Shown piece after piece: positions 36,996 to 50,709 of a stretch of 64,000 nucleotides of DNA. The stretch spans positions 1,178,001 to 1,242,000 of the forward strand of contig NW_026250403.1 in assembly GCF_024521635.1 (NCBI RefSeq), given 5' to 3'. Origin of the DNA: Tricharina praecox (taxonomy: Eukaryota). Within the stretch, counting starts at the first letter, position 1, and each line of letters opens with the position of its first letter. The notes under the pieces are model-generated. The model was not told the origin of the DNA and did no database searches. It saw only the letters and a program-made list of their open reading frames with translations. The position numbers were made by a program, and so were the translations under genes.

Positions 36996-38462
36996 ACAAA
37001 AACAGTCTTTACCTTCTCGCTTGAGCACCTAAAGGCCTGTGGACAGTGGCGGACCAAAGCTTGCCGTCTTACGGACCGGAGCACATCTCACGCTCTGGCA
37101 TAGCACCTACATAAGTCCAGTTCTTTTTCTTTTTGGCAACAGAAAGTGGTTATTCTTCTTTGGTCCGCGTGTTGCCCGAATCGAATCGAACAGGGTTGAC
37201 TAAGTACCGTATCGGCCATCGGCCTTTCTGAGGGTGTGGAAGGAGTGGAGAGAGAGGGAGAAGGAGACGGTTGGAAAGACTTGACAGCCACCACCACCAC
37301 CTGCTCGGCGCTCATCCTCCGTTATTCATTCGTACATCACTCACCGCCACGGATACACATCTTGGTACATACACACGCACCCTCTCTTCCTGTCTGTCTG
37401 TCGCCATTCGATTTTGCTCGCTCGATAAGGCGTCAACACCGTGGCTTTCGTTGTGGGTCCCCGGACTTCAGTCCAGGCAAGTTCTGCAGCTATCATATCT
37501 ATCTGTAGTTGCAAAGCATACATACGGAAGGGAGTGGGGCGGGGGCGCGGGGGGGCATATCATATCATACCTATCGAGTTGAAGCGCTGACTTGCTAGAG
37601 TAACTACCACCACCACCGCGCCTGACAGTTTGATCGTCGTCTTCCCCCATTCATCTCGCGGCCTCTCCTCTTCTCCTCACCCCTTCTGCCCACCGTATTA
37701 AAGTTAAGGTATGCATTTCTATTTCATTTCTATTTCATTTTTCCTCTCGTGTGAAGCTTCTTCTTTCTTTCTTGTTCGGGAGAGGCGAGGAACAGTACCT
37801 ACCGAAGTACCTAAGGTGGCGACGGGGTCAGAGCTGTGGATCTACAGAGGCGATGTGCGTGAAATGTCACCGTGTCAGGTCATGCTCAAGATCAACATCG
37901 CCTGCCGGCTGGTCGCTCTCGCTGCTGCCGCTGCTGCTGCTGCTGCTTACGCATGATTGATTCACTTTGTTCCCATTCCCATCCCCCATTCCCATCCCTA
38001 TTCCCATTCCAATTCCAATTTCAATCCGTCCCCCTCCCCACCCCCATTTAGAACTCTCGTTCTGATATCTGCTCCATCTCCATTGCCGTTCCCATCACCA
38101 CCTCCCCATTCATTACACACGCGATTAGACGAGTCCTCGGACGGGCGTCGGTGAAAACTAACCGACCTATAGGGCTGTCAGCCAAAACTGAAGCTTCGGC
38201 TCGATTTACCGGGCTGTGAAGATAAACAAACAAGCAAGCCCCGATAGCTGAAAGCCCGAAACTGATACGCCGGTAAAAATAATAATAAAATAATAATAAT
38301 AATATAAAAAAAAAGGTGATACACACTTCTCTTCCGGGGTTCCAGATAAAAAATGGCTCACGGCCTGTGCCTTCAGGGATCCGGATCTCACGCTCTTCAC
38401 CTCCCCAGTGTTCACTCCAGTCAAAGTGTTCCTCGACATCTACCGTCCGTCCCGACCACCGT

Positions 38463-41149
38463 ATGTTCTCAATAGGCCCGTCGTCTTCCAAACGGGAACA
38501 ACGACAAGATAATCAACAACAGCAACGGCCTCCGTCGCCATCGCCGCCACTGCCACCTCCTCCTTCGAATCCCCAGCCCGATCCCCTACCTACTACGTTG
38601 TTTGGCCGTAAGCGAGCACGATCCACCTTACCGAGACTCTCGCCTTCGCTTTCCTGTCCGCATCTCCCCCTCTTCGCGACGGGGACATCGTCACCACCGG
38701 CCGTCACGTCGGCCGTCGCGTTCGGAGCTACCACACCCACCACCGAATTCCGGGGCAGGTCGCGAGACGAAGACACAACGCCTTCGGGAAGCACATCCTC
38801 CAGGAGACTCTCAATGACGGGATTTCCATGGGATGGTCGGGTTACCGGTTCGTCGGGGAGGATGAGTCCGGCTGCTGAATTGACTGGAAACATCGCTAGG
38901 CGCTCCCGTCCCGCGACACCTCCTGCACAGCTACTCGTTCACGAACCGGTAAACGGATTCAAGGATAGGATCTCGCCGAAATCAAACTTGCGGTTGGAGC
39001 TGCCAGCTCCAGGAATCAGCGGCATGCAACAGCGACGGCACACGATAGACCCGAACGCCTGTAATCGTCACCGAGGTGGATTCGTGGGGCAGCCGCTGTT
39101 GGGATTGGCTTATCCGACAACTCCCGACATCGGCCTAAACAATTCGCCCATCATATGCGGAGCTTGCAAGGAGAGCGTAAACGGACACCACAATGGAGTC
39201 GACGGAATAGGAGGAGGAGGAGGACGAGGAGCAGGAGGACGAGGAGGGATGCATAATGGGGGAGGAGGAATTTTGGGAGGTGCTGCTACTGCTGCTCAAC
39301 ACGCGTTACTGGCCGCCGGACCGCACATGGTGAGGGGTGGACTCGCACTTCTGACCCCTCCTGACGATAATGGGATATTGGATTGGCAGCAGGACGGAAT
39401 ACAACGAACACAAGCCGATCGAGAGGCCACGGTGCGGATGATGACCGGGATGAGAGAGTTCACGCCATCTCAAGCTCGGGAACCTGCAGCGACAGAACAG
39501 GTCAGAGTCGGTCCGCATGAGAGAAGCGAACGCGCAGACACCAATGTCGATAGCGGTTCGTTACCGAATACTTCGCATGCCGTCGACCTGACGGTGAAAA
39601 CGGAGCACGAGGCCTTCGGAGACGATTCGGCGGCGCCCACGGACGGCGATTGGATAGGAAACGCAATGGAAACACTCGGTTCGTTTCAGCCATTCTCCTC
39701 ATCCTACTCTCCCCCCCCCCCCCCCCCCCCCTTTCCAACCCTACTTACTGACCATCTCAAGTTGGATCCGCGTTTCCCGTGTGCATGGCAACCGAAGCTG
39801 TGCGGGTATTATCCTACACTCTGCCGTGTCCACTGCCCGATGCACCCGGCCCCGATGCTCCATCGAGCAGTAGTAACCCGACAAATCCTGACCGCTTGCC
39901 CATCTCGGCGGTTTCGGCTCCAGCAGTTGCTGCCGCCGCTGGACAGCAACTGTCGCCAATGGTTCTCGCTCGGTGCACTACCGGGAACGTTGGGGTTTCG
40001 GTTCCCGTCAAGAGCGTGGATTGGGGCACTACAACCGCGCTGCACCACATGACAGCAGCGATCCAACAGCGTTATCAAAGAGAGGGAACAAGGAGAGTAT
40101 ACATCCACGTCTCGCACGCTATCGATCCCCAGATCCCGCTGTCAAGACTTCCATCCACTCCACCCATCACGGGTTCCCTCACCGGTAACGAAAGCGATGT
40201 TGGCTACTTTACACCGACGGTGTTTAGCAGTATCGTGATCGCACCAAACAGCCTCGCATCGACGCCTGTTCCAGGAACCCCACTACTGACCCACCCGCCA
40301 CCTCCATTGTCCAACCCAATACTCCCTCCGAGCAGTCTTCATCTGACACTACTTGAACGCTATATCCCTCCAGCAACACAGGCGGAAGACACGGCGATGT
40401 TCTCGACGCGCTCCTCGCTCCTGGTCGACCGGCTCTTTGAGCTCTCGTCGCAGGGTGGCAGCCTCCTCTTCATCTACCCGACAAAAACCGGCGCCATGGA
40501 CTTTGACCGCGACTATCTAGGCCCCGTATTGGACCCGCTACTACGCAAGTTTATGGTTCTGTACCATCTCCGCGAAGACCTGCTCTGGGGAGTCCGAAAC
40601 ATGTCGTCGATGCCACACATGGCCGAGTTCGACGTGCTGCGCTCACGCATCGAAGCCTTCTGCGCCGCACTCACGAACGGCGAAGGTGGTCTCCCACGCA
40701 TGCCGACGACGATGGTGTTCAGTGCCAAAGCGAAGGTGTCGTTGAACGAACTCAGTTGGCGGGAGTGGTGGACACAGCAGGAGCAGGTGCGGGTACGCGA
40801 GATCGTCAAGAAGCACGGAAACAGCCAGGCTGCCGCCGCCGCCGCCGCCACCGCCTCGAACAAGGGGAAGGAGACGGAGAATAGCAAGAGTGGGTTCTGG
40901 CAGGGATACGGAGTGCCCGGCGATCTGGCTAGGGAGATTTTGGATGGTGTTCGCGCGCCAACTGTCAGGCCGAGTAGTCGGGGAATGGGAGAGGCGGTGC
41001 TCGCGAGCAGCATGTCGGGCAGTGGCTGTGGTGTTGGCAGTGTTGCACCCGTGGGCGTTGGACGGATCGCGGGCGGCATCAGACGGCTCGAAACTATCAA
41101 GAATAGAGGTGTTGAAGTGGGCATATTTATCCTTCGAAGAGGAAGTTGA
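38463..41149 (+). CDS. Hypothetical protein: disordered N-terminal half, folded C-terminal domain; intron 39679-39761
   Basis: ORFs 38316-40052 and 39779-41149 are joined in frame by GTTCGT..CTGAC..AAG. Protein-like C-terminal segment LLERYIPP..LVDRLFEL..GSLLFIYPTKTGA..YLGPVLDPLLR..WWTQQE. Start ATG uncertain. Confidence 0.75.
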
Positions 41150-42600
41150 TCGATTGGCTCATCTTTGGCCCGAGCATACAAGGGGGGAATGGGATGGGAT
41201 GGGATGGGATGGGATGGGATGGGATGGGGTGGGTTTGTGAAGGGAATTTTTGGGTGTCGTTATTGTTTTTTTGTTTTTTGTTTTTTTTTGATTATCGTTT
41301 TTGTCCTTTCAAAATACGGATGTTTGTGTTTTTTTTTATGTTTTTTTTTTTGCATTTTTATTGTTATATGGGGTATCTGTGTTTTTTTTTCGTCATTTCA
41401 ATTCGTAAATCTGTTGGGAAGTCTTTTTTTCTACTTTTTTTTTTCGTTTGTTTTCTCCCTGATTTCTCCTGATTCTGTACGTGCAACGATAAGAACTGCG
41501 GGTGGTGAGGGGAGGTGGGACGGGGTGGACCGTGGGTTGTGGGTTGTGGGTCTGGGTGTGATATTCTTTCTGTCTTTTTCCTTTTGTGTTTTTTTGGGAT
41601 CTTCGGAAGGTGTAGTCGTTATTTAAGTATTCTATTTTTTTTCTCTTTCTTTCTGCCTCGCCTCCCGCGGTTTATGTATGCGTGTGTTTTGTGTTGCTGT
41701 TTTGTATTTTGTGTTTTGTGTTGCTGTTTTGTGTTTTGTGTTTTGTGTTTTGTGTTTTGTGGTTTTCCGATCTTATTACTTCTTTCAACTTTCAACTTTC
41801 TAAGTTTGTAACTGAGGGGATGGAGGATGGAGATGGGGGGGGTTTGAAAGATATACAGTGGTGGAGTATGAGAATGCAGATGCATACTGATGCGGATTAT
41901 CAGGTCTCGTTGTGAACGTAGGAAGTATGTGAAATGTGAATGGGAAATGGGAAATGGGAAATGGGAAATGGGAAATGGGAAGGGTGAATGGGAAGGGTGA
42001 ATGGGAATGGTGAATGGGGTATGTGAATGGATTGGGTTTGAGGGAGGTCTTTTATAGGCAATACTGAGTGTCTGGTAATCACTAGTAATCACTGGCCGCT
42101 TTCTCCATGCTGAGCGTCCAGTACTACGGTAGAATTTGGCGGGGATATGTACATCCGCAGAATACATATGCAGGTACAGACAGTTTCTTTTTCTTTCTGT
42201 TTCATCATTCTGTAGGTACTATCTAAGTACATGATCTATTCCACCAAGTCGGCCCATGATAGGTTTAGTACCGTACCTACTCTAGGTACTATACACACTC
42301 TGTTTTCCGATCTCACCAGGTGTCTAAGGACGTGGGTTTCTCGTATGTACATATGTAAGTACGTATGTGCATAAGTACGTAGGAACGACAAGGAAACGAC
42401 AAAAGAGTACATAATCGCAAAAATTCCACTCGTACATATTCCAACTCCTCCTTCTCCTACCTACCATACTCCTCCCCTAACCACGGCCTCGCCAATAGGT
42501 ACTTATCTGTGGCTCCACAGGGAGTCCGGCACGGCTAGGCTGCAGACCTCTGCAGTAAAGAGCTCAAATACCTGTCTGCACCTATGCTTCCTGTCCTGGA

Positions 42601-42792
42601 CTGGTGGACTGGTGGACTGGTGGACTGGTGGACTGGTGGACTGGTGGACTGGTGGACTGGTGGACTGGTGGACTGGTGGACTGGTGGACTGGTGGACTGG
42701 TGGACTGGTGGACTGGTGGACTGGTGGACTGGTGGACTGGTGGACTGGTGGACTGGTGGACTGGTGGACTGGTGGACTGGTGGACTGGTGGA
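42601..42792. repeat. (CTGGTGGA)x24 perfect octamer array
   Basis: 192 bp perfect tandem repeat. Confidence 0.97.
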
Positions 42793-45700
42793 GTCCGGCG
42801 AGTGAAAGCCGTTCATGGTGAATCACTCGGTATGTCTCGGAGAGAGAAGGGCCGGGCATATGCATTGGGTGCCGCTTTTTAGCGCTGTCCAGGTATTCAC
42901 TGTGCTGGGGATAAGGGTATTGTGATATATCTGGCATTATACGGTAGATACAGGCTTACCGCTTGTTTGTTGATATGTGCATAAGTAGGAATATCCGTTA
43001 GGTGGTTTATCGAAGAGAGTGAATGGTTGGGTTTTTAAGATAACATTTCCACCGCGAAGCCTCACCCTACCTACCCGATCGTATTTACCACGGAAGAAAA
43101 TGATAGTAGTATTGTACATAGCACATTCTCTCAACCTCATGAGTCCACTCGCTCGCTCGTTCGCAGAATGCCATGCATCACATCATACAATATCACTCGA
43201 TTATTCCGAGTGCGCTCGTATGATTTAGTGCGAGCAGGGCTCGGGAAAACCGATTTTCCACTCGGGATGACCTCTCCCGGCAGAGTTTGTGTCGATACAT
43301 CCTGGTCTAGTATATAGATACAACAGTCATGGATTGTTCCAACTTCCACCATTACGCAGACCCTCAATCAAGATTACGCTCCATAGGTAACTATGAGGAA
43401 GCAGGTGCATGTGTGCGTGAAAAGTTACAATAGACCCCGGCTGTCAATTTCGTTATCGCTCAGAGTCCTGTGCCGCAGGTGAGTGGGACAGAAAGCACAT
43501 GCTAGAGCTCGGCGGCAAGCCCACCTGGTGGAGGAAGGGGAGGTGGTGCGACATCGTGAGCAGTCGTATATGTAGCTTTCTACTTTTCTAAGCCATGGCG
43601 GCAAGTTTCCGACCTACCTACTACAGTGCTAACACTTCTCCGGAGTCTGCATTAGGAATCCTTCCATATACCATGGCACATATAATTCACCATTTCGGAC
43701 TTTTGTGGCATCCTATTTTCTCCAGCCTCCAGGAGTCGCTTTCCACGAGTGCGGCTCGTGTTTGTCTGGAATCATAGGCACAGTAGGTAGCAAGAACCAC
43801 CCTTGTGTCTTTAGATGGGCGTTTCGTCTGTCGCCCACTCAGCTGGAAGATCCGACGTATGTCATGAACGTGTCAGGTATCTTAGCAAGCGCCGTATTGC
43901 TCATGGTGCTATCTACCTTCGGTACTCCACTGCTAGATCTTTCCGCTGTTCGTAGGATCGGGGTGGTATGTATGATGCTGAATTCACGGATCAAATCTGA
44001 AGGACGGATTTCCTACGTAGTTTGCTTGCGTTCCGCGCAGTTCCAAGGCTCTTGAGCTCATAGGGGCGCATCTCTGGTATTCGTGTTCGTGTTTCCGCTT
44101 ACTGGGCTTCTGCTTCTTACGTGTTTTTCTGGGCGAACCGGGAGGACGTGGAGGAGGAGGAGGAGGAAGAGGAGGAGGAGGAAGAAGAAGAGTAGGAATG
44201 GAGCAGATGTATGCAGCGGATATGGGTGTCAGAGGTTCTGCGGGGTTGCTACCTAGCCAGCGGCACGGTACGGCCCAAGGGAGCAATCACGCCAAGCTCA
44301 TGTATCGGTGGCGAGGATGTCATTAAGGGGTGAAAGGGGATGGTACATAAGAGTGAGAGGAAGGCATGTAGAAGCGCCGATCGAAGAGGGCGACTACGGT
44401 ACATATGAGCGTGGGCGAGGGGAAATGGCTTGTACGAGGGTGACGTTCAACTCTCGCATCGGTGCTGGAGGGTTATTTTATCGAAGGCTGGGTTGGTAAA
44501 TACCGAGCGAGGGTAAAGTGGAAGGGCTGGGTGCGGGCGCAGCGGAGCGGGCGCTGGCGGTCACACTCCACGGACCATCACTCAGTTACCTGCTCCGTTC
44601 TTTTCGGGGGGTTTTTGGTTCTTCTTGTTATCTTCATGCCATCAAGAAGTACACGATTTACTTTGTCTATGATTCTCTGTATTCTCCTCGGATTTTAGAA
44701 TCTCGAATCTGGTACTGGTAAGGAAGTACTCGTGTATGTATTTACTCACATACCTGGTTGCCTCGAACGATGAATTTTTTTGGTGGTGACAGTGGCGGTA
44801 ATTATCGAGGGTGGCAATAATCGCCACACCTTGAGGCAACCGCTGCGCCGCCCTGGAAAGTACACACAGACCCTGACCCCTCATGGCCGGATGATAATAT
44901 GTTGTGTCGTGTTGTGCTCACTCTGTTTGTCGGCTGAAAGCTGGGTGAATGGGTACATACACTGGTACATTGGTGCATACCTGTATCATACTATATAGTA
45001 GGTATTAGGGAGGGATTCAATCTACTTGACGATGGCTAGCCCCCAAAGTACACAAGTACCAACATATTTAGGCGTCGAGGCGTTGAGGTGTCGCCGCTTC
45101 TCTGCAGCCTCGTTTACCCATTGCTGCGAGTCTGCGACTTTGGAGGCGGTCAGTGTGTAGAATAGAGTAGCAGCACATGATGGCGCCTGGAGATACCTCG
45201 AGCCGCGATGTACTTACTAGTAGTTCGGTATTGCATTCGCCGGCCGACCGGAATGGTGGGTTGTGACGATGGGGCTGGCTGGCTCCGACTCCGAGCGACA
45301 GACGGACTTCCGGAGATTCCGGAGACGGGGGAGTGGTGCGACGTTTGGTATGTGTGGTACATACACAATTACTTAGGTAAGTACTTTAATGTAAAAAGTA
45401 CCTACTCTAGCAGCCTCCTAGGAGTCCAACAGTTAGCTTCCCCACTGCCGCTTCCGAACCTGGGCCGTGCAGTAAAGGAAGCCGGTAACTTTGTAAATAC
45501 TTCTCCCGTCCCGAACAGGGTGCATGCGGCGGGAGATAGCCGTGCTGAAGTCTGATATCGATATTAAGTGCAACAGAATTATGTAGGTATGTACACAACT
45601 ACATCCGTGAACCACGGCGCTTGGACATCCAACGTCGACCTCGACGCCTACAGAGGCCCGATGGAGGATTCATGTTGACATTTTCCACCGACAGCAGTGG

Positions 45701-47251
45701 GCGGCGTTCGGGGCACGGGGGTACAGATTATCCGGTCATGCCGGCACCGAAGCCCCCCTGCATTGCCCTGGAGATGTTGTGATGAGAGCTAGGAAGTCAA
45801 CATACCTGGTATGATACCGGTATTGATACCCAACCGAAAGGAGAGGATACTGAAACGTGCTGACGGACGGCATAACTAGCACCTACATAGGTAGGAAGTA
45901 GGCATGTGTTATGCTAACCGGTGGGTGGTCAATGGCCACGACATCGCGATCGAGCGGGATCACTAATGCTCTGCTACCTTACTCTACATACCCAAGCGCA
46001 TACCGGTACCTGGTAGTTACCACCTAGTACATGCCGATTGTTGTTGTTGTTCTACAGAAGACCGGACATGCGGGACAGCCAGAATCGCATCATAACCGAG
46101 TACCCAGTTATGATTTATCGTCCTTGCTTTCGGCGCGACAGGCCTTTCTCGATTGGTATGTCCTGGCGAATTTAGAGTAGATGGGTTACAGGTACTCTAA
46201 ATACTGACCGAGTGGTCCCGACGGATAGAGGTCTGAGCGACGAGGTTCGCTTCTAGAAAGAAAGGATGTGCCCCTTTGGCGCGCGCACGACGCCGCACCC
46301 GCCATCTCTGACAGTGCAGCGGTTACCATGTCTTACACTCGTTGACATCTCGACAACCTGACAAATTGACATCCACAGCATCAACAGTTCCACCGGGAAG
46401 TACATACTTTGTAACTACATGTGTCACTGAGTAAATATGTCCATACCAGATTGCGATGGAGATCCAACCGAATCGTGATTCATGCGCCTTCAAACAGCAA
46501 ACTGCTGGCAAAGGCATCGTCGACGAGTACTATACATTCGGTACCTACTACGTAAACCACCAGTTGCCAGCTGGTCAATCAAAATCCAGGGGCGTTGTGA
46601 TGACACCCAAGACTCAAGCGGTGCTATGTACCTACATTATACAGGTTATTGTCGCCCTTAATATCACCAGCCCTTGCAGCAATCTCTATCTGACACTGGG
46701 ACCGACTAAGCGACGAAAAAACCCGCCCACCCCTCCCCTTCGCGCCAAAGAACATTATTTTGCCGGTTAACTCTTGCTAGGAAGCTGTGGTTACCAGACC
46801 GCCGGGTGGACCGGTGGCAGTAAATGGGTAGTATCATAGTATGTACTCGGACCTCCCCGCGCGGTAGAGTGCCTACTATACGGTAGCTGCTTGCTGGCTG
46901 TATGCGGATGCATGGAAGACGTTTGAAGTTTGGAGACCCGGTAACTAACTCGCGGGCTGGATAATCCCAATCCAATCCCGTCCCTTCTCCTTGGTCGAGG
47001 CCGGCTTCTATATAACTTGGCCTTATTGCCCTTCTCTGCTTCTACTTCCTTCTCATCAGCACACTCTCACACACATTCTCTCAGTCTTTCCACCATTCTT
47101 GCTTGAGGCAGTCTCTCTTTGAATCTTTCAATCAAACAGTTCACTCTTTTCGCTGTTTTATCCTTCCACTCTTTGGTCAGGTACCTTTACATACAATCTT
47201 CAGTAAATCCCAACCCTTAACCTCCCACCACCTTCACCTCATTCATTCAAA

Positions 47252-48527
47252 ATGGTTCAATTCGGAACTCTCCTCCCCATCTTGGCTACCCTCCTCGGTG
47301 CCGCCAACGCCCACACCCGTGTCTACTCCCTCTGGGTCAACGGTGTTGACCAGGGTGACGGACGGGGCGTCTACGTCCGCTCGCCTCCCAGCAACAGCCC
47401 CGTGAAGGATGGTAAGTTTTTCCGGAGCATCCTTGGGCGAATGTGCAGCTGATGAATATTGTTTTGCAGTCTCCAGCAGTGATATCATCTGTAACGTCAA
47501 CAACGTTGCCGTGGCCAAGAGCGTCCCCGCCGCCGCCGGTGACGAGGTCACCTTCGAGTGGTACCACGACACCCGTGCCGACGACATCATCGACAGCAGC
47601 CACAAGGGCCCCATAACCGTCTACATCGCGGACGCGGCCACCAACGGAGCCGGCGCCGTATGGACCAAGATCGCCGAGTCTGGACTCGAGGGAGGTGTCT
47701 GGGCCGTCGACACCCTGATCGCCAACGGCGGAAAGCACTCTGTGACTCTCCCGTCCAGCCTGGCTGCCGGTGACTACCTGCTCCGTGCCGAGATCATCGC
47801 TCTCCACGAGTCCGAGACCAACTACCTCACCAACAGCGCCCGTGGTGCCCAGTTCTACCCGTCGTGCTCGCAGGTCACCGTCAGTTCCAGCGGCTCCGTC
47901 ACCCCCCCGGGTACCTTCAACTTCATCGGTGGCTACACCCCCACCGACCCCGGTATCCTGTTCAACCTGTACAGCAACCCGACCACGTACCCGATCCCCG
48001 GCCCGTCTGTCTGGACCGGTGCGGCCGGCTCCGCGGCCACCACCAAGGTCAGCACCACCGCTGCGGCCACCACCAAGGCCTCCACCAAGGCCAGCACCAC
48101 CGCCGTGGCCACCTCGACCTACGTCGCGCCCGCCGAGGAGACCACCTCGACCTACGTCGCTCCCGTGACCACCTCGACCTACGTCGCCCCGGTCGCCACC
48201 TCGACGACCAAGGCCGTCGCCACCACCAAGGCCAGCACCACCACCTACGTCGCCCCGGTCGTCACCCCCACCACCCTGGCGACTCTGACCAAGACCACCA
48301 AGCCCGTGACCACCAAGGCCACCATCACCAAGGCCACCTCCACCAAGGCCTCCACCACTAGCTACGTCTACCAGACCCCCGCTACCACCCCCACCGTCAA
48401 GACCCCCGAGTCCATCAACAAGTGCCTCGACGAGGTCAACGCTTGCATCTCGCAGGCGCAGAGCTCCATCGGAGGTGCCGTCAACTTCCAGCCTTGCGAG
48501 GAGCGTCGCACTTCTTGCTACGCTTAA
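47252..48527 (+). CDS. AA9 lytic polysaccharide monooxygenase (GH61) with Thr-rich linker and 4-Cys C-terminal module; intron 47412-47469
   Basis: Signal peptide [20 protein letters not shown] then His1 (HTRV); [45 protein letters not shown]. Confidence 0.95.
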
Positions 48528-49512
48528 GTAGCTAGCTAGCTGACCAGCCGGTGTTTGTGTTGAGTCTTTGTTTATCGGCATTGCATGTGTGAGAGTGTGA
48601 GAGTGTGTGGTTGTGCATATTGTATAGGCGCGTATATAGATAAAGTGTGGTAGTTAGTAATGGTTGGACTGGTATTCATCCGTGAGTTTGTGTTGCAGAA
48701 AATATTATGGAAGTCTTTCTATAATCTTGTGGTCCCGGTGTGCGATGAGTGGTGATTTCCGGTGAAGGTGATGAATTGCGCGGCCTTGTAAAAGCTGTCA
48801 CAGCCTCGGCTCCGAGTGGGTCTCATATAGATAATGGATGTGCTATGTAACTTTATGCACCACATCTTCCAACCTGTACGAGGGGCATATATTGCTGTTC
48901 GCCCCCAACGGGCCCAACCATTGAGGCCGACGGATATTAATTTATCATCGTGCCGAGCATTGGGCATTGGGCATTGAGTTTTGCTGATCGAGTGGTTGAT
49001 CGGTTCAGCCATCTGAGCCGCTGTCAGCCTTGTGTGTACGAGTACGAGTAGAGTGCAAATTGCACATGTGAAGGATAGATGTCACGAGCAAGTGTCGTAG
49101 GAAACTACTAGTAGCTAGACCCTGCAGGATGTGATTCCTCGTGAAGAGTACGGGAATATGTGCCCACACTTGCAGCAGCCGAAACATCCCCATGCGAATA
49201 CCAAGTCCGAGCCGTCGCTGCCGTCTCGGGGGCGGCGGGGAGTCAGGCGAGAGAGCGAGAGCGAGATGCCGGTGGCATTCATGATGATTCGTAGGGTGAT
49301 TTGTATCAGTTACCAATAGCAGTTAGTCTGTAGAAGCGCGTGGAAACGAACAGTGACTTGCGATGAGTGTCGGTGAGCATGTTCATGTTCATGTTACACG
49401 GGAACCCCGTCACTCACGGAATTCGCCGCAGCCCCTCCACCCACCCCACCATAGTACAAAGCTTCAAACTTCGTCCGATGCAGTCCACCATCACCACCAC
49501 CAACCACACACG

Positions 49513-50709
49513 ATGGCGACAACCGAAGCGATTCCCGACAATGCCGGCCTCCCCGCCGGCCTCCAGAACACGAACCTCACGCTCGAAGGCATGATCGAAG
49601 CAGCGTCGGCCGCGCACTTCGGCCCAGGCGGCAGCATCGGCGCCGCCCTCCCGGACGCGATCGCCTCCGTCAAGTCCACGACGGCGGACGAGTTTATCCG
49701 GCAGCTGAACAAGATGCCATTATTCATGACGGAGCTCGACGAGACGGGCTCGGACGACACATCGTCGAACGCGGCTCTGGACGCCATCCGCGCGCTGCAG
49801 GAGGAGGGCGAGCCGCACGAGATCGCGCTCAACTTCAAGGCGTCGGGCAACGAGCGCTTCAAGTGGAAGAACTTCGCGGATGCCCGCGAGTTCTACACCA
49901 AGGCCATCAACGTCAAGTGCGCGGATCCCGAGATCAACGCCGCCTGCCTCAATAACCGCGCACAGTGCAACCTGGAGCTGCGGAATTACCGCAAGTGCAT
50001 TACCGATTGCCGCGAGGCCCTGAAATTGAACCCGAACGCGGATAAGTCCTGGTTTAGGAGCGCGAAGGCGCTGCTGGCCATCGACCGCATCGACGAGGCC
50101 GAGGCGTGCATCACCAACGCGGTGCTGTTGAATCCGGCGCACGCGCAGATCCAGCAGCTGGCGGAGAAGATCGTGGCGCGGAAGGCGCATCTGGCGAAGC
50201 AGGAGGCGATGCGGGCCGAGCGCGAGCGGAAGAAGAAGTGGGACGAGAACGCGATCAAGGTGGCGCTGCAGGCACGGAATATCCCCACGCGATCTACAAA
50301 GGCGCCGCCGGAAATGCCCGACGGCATCGAGATTGCGTTCTCCGAGTACGGGAAGTTGGATAGTCACCTCAATTTTCCCGTGCTATTGATATACCACCTG
50401 CACCTGCAGACGGACATGATCGCGGGGATGCCGGAGGTCGCAACGGTTGGGGATCAGCTGGTCGAGGTGCTCGCGGAGCCGCAGGCGTGGGACGAGAAGA
50501 GGGAGTACACGACGAAGACGGTCGAGTGCTACATGGAGACCAAGACGGGCGGGCTGATCAAGGTCGGGAAGAAAGTGAGTCTGCTGGAGGTGCTGAGCGG
50601 GGGGAAAGTCGAGGTTGTCGATGGGCTGGTCAAGATCCTCGTAGTGCCGAAGGCGAGGACGGTAGAGTTTGTAGAGAAGTGGAAGAAGACTATGCGGACG
50701 GCGCAATAG
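49513..50709 (+). CDS. CNS1: Hsp70/Hsp90 TPR co-chaperone Cns1/TTC4
   Basis: LNKMPLFMTELD, ALDAIRAL..EGEPHEIALNFKASGNE, TPR NRAQCNLELRNYRKC, C-terminal FPVLLIY..LIKVGKK..VVDGL..VVPK. Confidence 0.9.
   Translation: MATTEAIPDNAGLPAGLQNTNLTLEGMIEAASAAHFGPGGSIGAALPDAIASVKSTTADEFIRQLNKMPLFMTELDETGSDDTSSNAALDAIRALQEEGEPHEIALNFKASGNERFKWKNFADAREFYTKAINVKCADPEINAACLNNRAQCNLELRNYRKCITDCREALKLNPNADKSWFRSAKALLAIDRIDEAEACITNAVLLNPAHAQIQQLAEKIVARKAHLAKQEAMRAERERKKKWDENAIKVALQARNIPTRSTKAPPEMPDGIEIAFSEYGKLDSHLNFPVLLIYHLHLQTDMIAGMPEVATVGDQLVEVLAEPQAWDEKREYTTKTVECYMETKTGGLIKVGKKVSLLEVLSGGKVEVVDGLVKILVVPKARTVEFVEKWKKTMRTAQ

Noticed and set aside
42503-42937. ORFs encoding (SPPVHQST)n or (DWWTGGLV)n, and CRISPR-like appearance
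   Set aside because: Translation of a spacerless 8-bp tandem repeat in a eukaryotic context; not a gene or CRISPR array.
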